This document shows positions 55,001 to 64,000 of a stretch of 64,000 nucleotides of DNA, piece by piece. This DNA is from Laetmonice hystrix (lineage: Eukaryota), in the NCBI GenBank assembly GCA_965235115.1, contig OZ249436.1:32490001-32554000 (forward strand). The letters are read 5' to 3'. Below the pieces are notes generated by a model. That model was not told the origin of the DNA. It was given only the letters and a program-made list of their open reading frames with translations, and did no database searches. Made by a program: the position numbers and the translations under genes. The first letter of the stretch is position 1. Each line of letters begins with the position of its first letter.

Positions 55001-56163
55001 TACTCTGGGGCCTTCTGAGTCCAAATCCGGGGGGATTCCGGTAGATTCCGGGGGATTCCGGTAGATTCCGGGGCATTCCGGTAAATTCCAAGGGATTCCG
55101 GGGGATTCCGGTATTTAGTCACGCCCCTATTCGGCAGTGGCCTGCCTTTTGTGCCGAGTAGCCTACACATTCACATTCAAACGCCGCGGTGTTACGAATT
55201 CACGGACTACATTCTCGCGCCCATGATTTCGCCTCTTCACACATCTGTATTCATACACCGACCGAGCTACTTTATTAACATGTACACCCCATGGGTGGGG
55301 GGGGGGGGTGTCCACGTTCGCAGCGCCCTCTATACGACCAAACGTAATAGCGATCGCAGCGACCGAGCCTGCCAGTATCGAACAGGCATTTTTGGCCTTT
55401 TGGTCAGTAAAGAGAACTAGTCTTACGCCTTAAGTGTACGCCTTTATATTTTAATGTTACGTATGCTTGTTTATTTACAATTAACTTGGAAAGTTAACCA
55501 TAGACTGCGGGGTGAACCATGGTCTCATATTGCCTCCATCTAGCACAATTGTAGAATAAAAGAGAATCAACCCTTTATTATTATGCACAGCTTTGCAAAT
55601 TTTCTCTTCATGTTATAAATAAAATTGACATTTCTGGAGGGAGATTAATACATATGAAAAACAATATCTTTACTGTTGCGCATTCCTCCCCTTTTAACTC
55701 GCTATAATAATTCCTTTTACAAGAATTACAAGACTTTAGGGGAAGTGTGTCTTGCCGAATTTGAGGGTCAAATCGTGCTGTTTCAGGGGGTCAAATTGTG
55801 TCGCGGGGTCAAATTGTGCCGTTTTAACTGTGTCAAATCGTGCCGCGGGGTCAAATTGTGCCGATTTCGAGGGTCAAATCGTGCCGCGGGGTCAAAACGT
55901 GCCGTTTTAGGGGGTCAAATCGTGCCGCGGGGTCAAAACGTGCCGTTTTAGGGGGTCAAATCGTGCCGCGGGGTCAAAACGTGCCGTTTTAGGGGGTCAA
56001 ATCGTGCCGCGGGGTCAAAACGTGCCGATTTGAAGGGTCAAAACGTGCCGTTTTAGGGGGTCAAATCGTGCCGCGGGGTCAAATCGTGCCGATTTTGAGC
56101 GATTTTCAGGGTCAAATCGTGCCGGGGTCAAAACGTGCCGTTGGGTCAAATCGTGCCGCCACA
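52081..56163. mobile_element. 4.08-kb non-coding foldback element with TGT...ACA termini and 5-bp TSD GGGTC
   Basis: Left end TGTGGCGGCACGATTTGACCCAACGGCACG mirrors right end CGTGCCGTTGGGTCAAATCGTGCCGCCACA. GGGTC lies at 52076..52080 and 56164..56168. Each arm has an outer 18/23-bp tandem array, a ~640-bp unique block and inner ~150-160-bp repeats; orientation flips near 54230. Confidence 0.9.
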
Positions 56164-56320
56164 GGGTCACGGAAATTCTGTGAGAGTTGGCAACACTGGA
56201 AGTTCTGAGTATTTTAATCCCACCCACTACAGTTCACACAATCATGCAGTGGATTGGACTGCACCCACATCCTCCGCAATGGGACAGAAGAATATCGGCC
56301 CTTATAACGGGCGATGATAC

Positions 56321-56441
56321 GACGACACTAGCTTTTCGCACAAATTTTCGCACCATCTACACAATGGTCTAGATTTAGACCCGATCTAGATCTAGACTAT
56401 TGGGTAGATGGTGCGCAAATTTGTGCGAAAAGCTTGTCGTC
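56321..56441. repeat. About 120-bp near-perfect hairpin
   Basis: AGCTTTTCGCACAAATTT-T-CGCACCATCTAC pairs with GTAGATGGTGCG-C-AAATTTGTGCGAAAAGCT; outer GACGACA/TGTCGTC and inner GTCTAGAT/ATCTAGAC also pair. Confidence 0.8.
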
Positions 56442-57078
56442 GTCGCTGAGGCCCACCTCTGCTTTTATAGGTTATTAGCTATGGAATAGCATGCTCAAAT
56501 TGACTTATTTCCATCATTGTCATAATATACTACGGTATCTCTTATATTCATGACGACCGCTGGGAAGCCCGAGTGTCGGGGGGGGATAACTCTAGAATTA
56601 TCATTTTGATGTCGTACCCGAGATTTTTCAAAAGCAGTGCCCCTCCGTACTGAGCATGAACCGAGGTAGGCTGATTACAGTACTGAGGTGCCCATGGGCT
56701 GACCCTTGCCCATGCTATAAGAATTAGAAGAAGTAGAATTTTTCCTCCTGCCACCCCATGACAGTTTCACATCCAAACTATAGACAAGTTGAGGATTTCT
56801 TTTGTCGTTGCACCCCACTGTGGTAATGTGTCGTTTACTATCTTTTCACAACCCATGCACTAGCTGATAAGCTGTGAGTGATTGAGTTCCCATGGGCACC
56901 ACAATCTGTCGTTGCACAAGACACAGTGGGAGCTGACTGACTCTCGATCACGTGACTTTTCTCCGCGGTGGAACGTACATTCTGTGGAGAAAAGTATACT
57001 CCACGGAAATATACTTTTCTCCGCAGTGGAAAGTGATAAAATTGCAATAAGTCCCAAAATAAAATGAAATGTCCTTTA

Positions 57079-57429
57079 GGCCACTTAAAATTAATAAATT
57101 GTTTTACATGACTCCAACTTCTGAAATGTTGGTGAGTAGGGCATTTTATATTTTATATTTTATATTTTTCCTCGACAAGAAGAAGGACAGCAGAGATCAC
57201 CAATACTGGAAAAATACTTTTAATTTCTCAATATCTCAACATTTTGTACAGCCCTTCTATACCTTGAGGGTCACTTTAACTGTAACACCCTGACAGAACT
57301 GTGGGAGACGGTTTTGGGGATGAAAAAAACGGACTTTTTGAAAAATATAAAATATTAAAAAAAATCGAGGCGGCGCCAAAAAATTGAGGCGGCCGGCCAT
57401 GTAAAACAATTTATTAATTTTAAGTGGCC
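57079..57429. mobile_element. MITE with perfect 32-bp TIR and TTA TSD (Zator- or PIF/Harbinger-like)
   Basis: TTA|GGCCACTTAAAATTAATAAATTGTTTTACATG ... CATGTAAAACAATTTATTAATTTTAAGTGGCC|TTA. Confidence 0.85.
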
Positions 57430-59204
57430 TTATAAAAACTAATGTCCCTTATAGGCCACCGTAACCATCGCCTGCATGCCTGCGCCCATGGGACGATGAG
57501 CTGTGGCCCTCGCGATCTGGGGGATTTTTCTGTGTCGATAGCGGCATTTATGAAATATATGCCGACACTTTCTGACACGGATATTTGAGTTGTAAAACCT
57601 ACATATATATATAGAGGCCGTAATAGTCCTGCCGTATTAGGTGGAGACAAGACCCACAAAGTCATAGAACCCAAATACCCTCCCACACCCAATCTGGAAC
57701 CCCGAGGACTATAGCTATAGGCCTTGGGTAATTGTCCTTGAATTTGGCATACATTATATAGGCTGCCACCAACTTTTACCGATTTTGGCCATGATATTGG
57801 TGCTAAAAATTTTAACAAAGAATGTAGGAACGCCAAATGTAGACGTCTTGTGGGCGATAATATGGAAAAACTGTGCATTGACAATAAAAAATTCGTGGGT
57901 TTTTTTCAATTATAATATAGACTTACATGAAGAATGTTGCATAAAACGACTTCTTGGTGTTAATATAGGCTATCACTTTTCATTGAGACAAAATTGACTT
58001 CTTTTTTGTGGCACTGCCAAAAGATTTTGTGCATATTGAAATATAGATTTCATTCATTTGTTTTATGGTGAGTAGGCCTGTAGTCTGCAGTCTACACGTG
58101 ATATATTATTAATAATATTAATAGCCTATACTTACGATGGATGAATTCGTATGCTTTCAAAATTCTATTTCCCCTGCTCAGGTAGGCCACCGCAGTCAAG
58201 GCATTTGACAAACGTAGACGAGAATTTGACAGTGTAGGGCCATTAAAGGTAATCGATCACCCTACAGCCGCCAATTTTGTCGAAGCGGTGTCCCTATCTC
58301 CTACGAATCCGCGTATTTCAAGCTTACCTGATCTTGAATCTATCCCACTGGACTGATAAAACATTCTGTCGCGATACGCGGCGATACATCCCATATTTCT
58401 CATCTCAGTGGACTGAGAACGTAGAATGACCGGCATGACCGGGTTAGCATTGTTAGGGCGGTCGTTACTAAGCAACGGGATTGGGCGCATAATCCAAATA
58501 AGGGCATGATGTGATTCGCGTGCTGTCGTCTCTAGCCAAATAGGTAAACGCTTAATTAATTAATTAAAAATATTGTCGATATGGACGCGCCATGGTACCA
58601 GACAGCTAGAAACCCCAGAAAATAATTGTTTTTATTCAAGTTTTGTTGAATTGACTGCGTTTATTACAATTTTCGGACAGATTTCCTTTAGTTAAGTTCA
58701 GTGTAGGGGTCCTATCATAGTCATGATTCGGATATCATTCATAATTTTGCACTTTTCGATCACCGTAGTTGGGAGTTGGTGCTGGCTAATTTATGACGTT
58801 CAAACGTCATAATAGGCCTACAATCATTATGACGTGTAACCATAGACCTCTATCTGACGTATCCAGCTTACGTTTCGCCAGACATCTTTTTAGGGGGCTA
58901 GGGCACCTTATCTTCTGGACAACTTGAGACTGACCGGTAAGTCAATTTACAGATCTGCCTGTGATTTAGTTTAGTTAAAGGAAGAATAGATACTGGCCAC
59001 CTCCACCCCCAACTCAGTCACTGTCTCAACTGACTCAAGCCAGTCAGTGCAAGGCGTTATCGCGTTGCACGCAGCAAGCAGCTCCTGACCAAACTTAAAA
59101 TGGCAAAGTCAAAGACCTAGCCCCCCCGGGCCCCCCTAATGATGAATGATTAAAATTAGGCGTAGAGATCTACTACATGAATGATCCTGACGTCCAAAAC
59201 TAAA

Positions 59205-59615
59205 AGGGGCTTTCCCACATGCCCGAATTTTTCGTGAGAGTGCGCCAAACTGTCCCGAATTGAAATTCGTGACGGTTCTTGGTCGTGTGTGACCTCGCAC
59301 AAGTTTGTCAAGACTGTCGTAGCTATTCTTATCAGATCGTAGGAATTCGTAGAATCTAGGTGAATCACATGAATTCGGAATTTTTAACTCTACGATTCAT
59401 TACGAAAAGGCACGAACCACCTACGAAGTCCTACGAAGCACTACGATCTACCTACCACTTACGAACTGCTACGATCTTTTTTTGTCGGCGACTATTTTCT
59501 AGCATTTCTCAAGAACTGCCACGAGCCATGCCGAACTCTGACGAATTTCTTCACGATCTCCTACGATCTCGAGATCGTAGCAGTTCGGGATCCAATTCGG
59601 GAATGTGAAGGTTAA
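59205..59615. mobile_element. Degenerate MITE rich in TCGT/ACGA motifs
   Basis: CACATGCCCGAATT ... AATTCGGGAATGTG inverted ends; tcgt motifs dominate the left half and acga motifs the right half. Confidence 0.55.
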
Positions 59616-59644
59616 GTCATCGGTGGTTCACCCGGAAACTACTA

Positions 59645-59951
59645 CAGGGGCAGGGCCGGGTCCAGGCCCGGGGGGGGGGGCACCATCATTGATCAAAGAT
59701 ACTTGTTGTGTGAGGTCCCCAAAGCAGGGCCTTGCCCAGAGATTGGTACAGACTACAGGGGGGTTATTGGTGCAGGCCGTTACAGTGGACGGATCCAAGT
59801 ATTAGTTAGGACCTAAAATTAAGTAAAAAGCCTTTTAAAAAAAACTTTGGCACCTAGGGGGAGTTACAACCCCCCCCCCCCCGGGCACCCAGTGCAGCCC
59901 CCCACCCCCCACCCCCACCCCCACCCCCAAATTGCCCAATCTGCGCCAGTG
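59645..59951. mobile_element. G-run/C-run MITE
   Basis: CAGGGGCAG... left end and ...ATCTGCGCCAGTG right end with G-run and C-run; TSD ambiguous. Confidence 0.5.
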
Positions 59952-61635
59952 TCTACTACACTAACGTTATATATATATATGATAGGCCCTATTAGTAGAC
60001 ATGGTAAGGGGGTGAACACTGCATTTTATAGTGCAAATGTCTAAGTTGGCATGATTGGTCCTTAGGGCAAAAGGAAAAAAAATATCCAAAGAGACAAGTT
60101 GTCTCTATGCATAGAGGCCCCTAATTTGCATAAATTATGTTAATTAGCACCTGACGGAAGTAGATTTCTAACTTTTGAACCAATTCACTTAGAAATACGT
60201 GTGATAGGTGGATTTCAACTAATTTGGGGGTCAGAAATCCATCTGCAGGGTTATTTTGACATTTGGCGGCCATTTTGACCCTCAAATCCAAGATGGCCGC
60301 CAGCAACCATCTGAAATCTAGCTTACCCATGGCGATTCACTTTTGGCATTATCTCCACCCGTAAATTGACATTTTCAGTGTATAATTTTTTTCTTATGAG
60401 GTTCTGGGAAAGAGGAATCGGTCACAAGAAAAAAAAGAATGATTGGCCGCGCCCTCATTTGCATAAATTAAATATGGCCGCCATCTTAACACGAATTTGA
60501 GCTATTCTGGCTATATCGCAACGTCAAAATGGAATTTTACTCTTTATAAAGTACTGTTCAGGGGATAAATGACGTACACAATCTTTTTGCAGTGATACAT
60601 ATTCTAATTCGCGGTACCCGCATTCGTTAGTTCCGAAGCTTCCGCCATGTGGCGCCACGGTCGCTGACAAGTTCCGGTTACGTCCTCGGGGGCATGATCA
60701 GCACGTTACAACACATCAACACAACAGTCTACACTCCAGCTTGTCGTCCCTGCTACTCGGGAGTCGCATATTAAACTTGTGAAAAATATGGTATGTTGAA
60801 TAACATTCAGCTTATACTTACGAAAAGGTTTCAATCTCGATAATGATTTATAGAGGTAAATTCTATAAAACTAAGTTCTTAATAAGCCCACGTAGTCGTA
60901 GTGTTATAGTAGTATTAGTAAGCAAGCCTACTTGTAGCTACTACTACTAGTACTAGTACTAGTAACTAGATCTAGATCTAGATAGTCGTCTCGATCGTGG
61001 CCATAGCCTAGCCCTAGCCTAGGCCAGGGGTAGGCCTACGCCAGTTGCTTTGCTTGTGTCTGTCACTGTCAGTGTCACTAGTATTACTATTGATGCCCAC
61101 AACTTACAACTTATGATGAACTGACAGTCAACCGAGGGGAGGAGGTTGGGGGGGGGGGGGGTACAGCGAGACGACTGACCATCACTCAGCACTTCCGACT
61201 TGCATCCCTGCTTTTTTCTTTCAACAGCATTTTGATAGACTTTTCAGATAGGTATACTATAGTAGTAGTTAGTATAGGGGCCTGCTATGCCTGGCTGTCA
61301 GATCATTCTGATTCTCATGTGTCAATTTTTTTCTTATTTTACACCCAGATCATGGCCAGATGTGGATCACAAATAAATATGAATACATTATAGAGCACTA
61401 ATGTAATGGTGTTAGATCTAGATCTATAGATATTTTTCTTATTTTTCTATTCTTCATGTTCATGACAAATAATTCATATTCAATTTTCAACTAGGTAATG
61501 GCAATCCCCTGCTAGGATAGGGCTAGGCGGCTGCTAGTGCATGCACATGTTACAGAACACAGTGAATTACTATGTGACTTAACTTTAGATAATTAGAGTG
61601 GATTTAGATAGACTCTACCTTTGTTTGTCTTTTAG

Positions 61636-63695
61636 GCTTGTTCTAACGCGTACACAGATCATACGTATCATCATGGAACCAACATCAGTGAACCAGCTTC
61701 ACCTTTCTCATCTCTGCCAGAATCTGGATCCACTCCAACAACTTCTGATAACCCAAAAATATGTGGCCGTGGTAGAAGTTACTGTGTAATCTGCAGAAAC
61801 CACGAGGGCAAGATATTACCTAATGGAAGGGCCATCAAGATGCATCGGATCCCAGCAGCTCCCGAAGCAAACAAAACTGATGTTAAATCCACGAAGAGAA
61901 GAAAGCAGCGGAAATTATGGATCCAGAGAATTAGAACTGTGCGTGTAGATGTAAATATCACTTCTTCAACTCGTATTTGCTCCGAACACTTTGAAGGGGG
62001 AGTGTATGGTGGATCACCAGACGAAGTGCCCATTTATCTCCACCTAGATCATGCTGATAGGGGAAAACCTAAGCCTCGACCGTTGCCATATAGAGCCACT
62101 CCTGCTTCAACTACCACTTCATCTGAGCAACAGACAGATAATATAGTATCTGGTAGGTAATGTTAATACAGAAGTAAAGTTTTGTAGTCATTTTAACATA
62201 TTCTCATCTAAAGTTGTATATCAGTATTTCTTGTGATTTAGTGGAGCTTCAACAGGAACATTGTTCACTTTTATCAGATACATGTATCTTCATTTTGAAA
62301 GATTTGGACTCAAGAATTTTTATCTATTTTTGGAGAAACAAGTGAAAACTAAAATCAAGGATGTTCAATGTCATCCATTTTAGAAAATGTGTACATTGCA
62401 AATTATTTTGTTTATACATACAGAGATCTATATTTCACATTTTCTGTTTATCATTATATGGATGCTGTAAATATGCGGTCTATTATAGTGATGAGTGTCC
62501 ATGAATCCATGGGAGCATCAGCTTAGTTTAATGTAAAAAAAAATCCAAGCACATACTAAAAATATTTGTTGTTTTCTTTTCAGTTGAGCATCTGGAACCT
62601 GAGCTGTCAACACCATCTGTAGAGCAATCCACTGTGAGCTCCAAAGCCATCCAAGTCAACATTATAGGTGCCAAATTGCCATTGACCAAAGATGCATCTT
62701 GTCAAGCCAATCTGCCTGCTTTAGGTGTACATGTACATGTGATTCGTGATAACGATGCTAAAACAAGATTTTATACTGGTTTCAAAAACTGGGGCACATT
62801 CTGGTTAATGTTCTGTACACTTCTGTCTCATCATGGTGCTGACCGCCTTAAATATTGGGATGGTGAAAAAAGATCTCTTGGTGACCCAGTGAACAGAAAG
62901 TATACAAATCCCACAATAAAGAAACCGGGAAAACGCAGGACTCTAGCATTGGAAGATGAATTCTTCCTCGTATGGCTTCGTCTTAGACACGACATCCGTC
63001 AAGTAATGCTTGCAGATTTATTTGGTATTTCTCAGAGCAGTGTTAGCCGGATTCTCATTACATGGGTGAATTATCTGTATGATCATTTAAAAGGTCTTAT
63101 AGCTTGGCCAACCCGGGAGCAGATCTTAACAAATCTTCCTCGTCATTTCTCTGCTCGTGTGATGGTGCGCACTATACTGGACGCCACAGAAATATTTTGT
63201 GAGAAACCTTCCAGTCTCGAATCTCAGCAGCTTACGTGGTCCGAATACAAATCTCACAATACTATGAAAATAGTGATTGGAGTCACTCCAAATGGCATGG
63301 TTAAATTTGTTTCTAGGTTGTGGGGCGGGAGAGCTTCTGATAGGCACATCACCGAGTTAGATGGAAATGACCCAGGTATTGGATTTATTCCACGTTTGTC
63401 CCCTGATGATGTTGTAATGGCAGATAAGGGGTTCACCATAGGCGATCTCCTTCCTTATTATGCAGGACTTAACATTCCTCCATTTGTCTCCACACAAAAA
63501 CAGATGACCGGAGAAGAGTTTTTTAAAACACAAGAAATTGCTTCAGCTAGAATTGTTGTGGAGATGAAAATGGAGCAAATAAAGAACTATCGAATTTTGA
63601 GTTCTACATACGAGCTCTCAGAAGCGGCGATTGCAGAGCAGATTGTACTTATTTGTACTGCATGTACAAACTTATTAGATCCACTCCTTGTATAA
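61636..63695 (+). CDS. THAP-domain + HTH + DDE_Tnp_4 transposase (ISL2EU/PIF-Harbinger-related); start codon uncertain
   Basis: Exon 61636..62152 encodes a THAP zinc finger (YCVICRN...HRIP...LWIQRIR...RICSEHF). It splices in frame (G|gtaggt...ttttcag|TT) to exon 62584..63695, which encodes DNDAKTRFYTGF, an HTH (LALEDEFFLVWLRLR..LADLFGISQSSVSRI) and the catalytic triad ILDATE / MADKGF / RIVVE, plus SEYKSHNTMK and WGGRASD. 542 codons with no stop or frameshift. Confidence 0.88.
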
Positions 63696-64000
63696 AATCA
63701 TCTGAAATGCCTGTAGCCTGTGTAATACTACTAATAATCTCTTTGTAATCTGTAAATGCTTAAAGTTTCACGGGGTTTCCTTACACAAATTACATTAAGC
63801 GAACACCGAGATTACCCGGTAGATGTACTATTTATTAGATTTCTCCATTTATTTTTAGATAGTTTCCACCCCCCCCCCCCGGGATTTTTAAGTTACTGAG
63901 TTTCGTCTTCACTATTCTAGTTCTTGTTCCAATTCTTTTTCTGCTTCTTCTTGTAATTATTCCTGTAGATAGACTATCGTTTTGTCATGTTCATTTCTGA

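Noticed and set aside
52311..55951. Many short ORFs inside the foldback element
   Set aside because: They derive from tandem repeats, mirror each other across the arms and show no transposase motifs.
60060..60700. Left terminus of the THAP-transposase element
   Set aside because: Several repeat-like ends occur here, but none can be assigned without the right end.
63870..63964. Possible last exon of a convergent minus-strand gene (second transposon ORF)
   Set aside because: An acceptor-like ctacag is present but the frames give only short Lys/Arg-rich peptides; needs sequence beyond the window.

Overview
Eukaryotic, intron-rich and repeat-rich animal DNA, most consistent with a marine invertebrate; the species cannot be determined from the sequence. 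Four coding units were reconstructed by hand from GT-AG splice sites and exon phases. (1) The 3' 23 exons of a Fas-binding factor 1 (FBF1)-like ciliary transition-fibre gene (+, <1..10171). (2) A complete, convergently transcribed 5-exon secreted chloride-type alpha-amylase (-, 15370..11675). (3) A complete 11-exon CDKL2/3-like kinase (+, 38001..49893) with a candidate alternative terminal exon and an intronic RFX X-box. (4) An intron-containing THAP + HTH + DDE_Tnp_4 transposase of the ISL2EU/Harbinger type (+, 61636..63695). Intergenic and intronic DNA is a mosaic of non-autonomous DNA transposons with TA, TTAA, TTA or 5-bp target-site duplications, plus hairpins and minisatellites. The most unusual structures are a 4.08-kb spacer-less foldback element with TGT...ACA ends and a 5-bp TSD (52081..56163), a DINE-1/Helentron-like element carrying two tRNA-derived units nested inside a 5-bp-TSD MITE (29839..31759), and a ~60-bp minisatellite that looks like an amplified TTAA-type transposon end (19025..20012). 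No prokaryotic features, CRISPR arrays, rRNA or functional tRNA genes were found. All family assignments rest on recalled motifs, not database searches.
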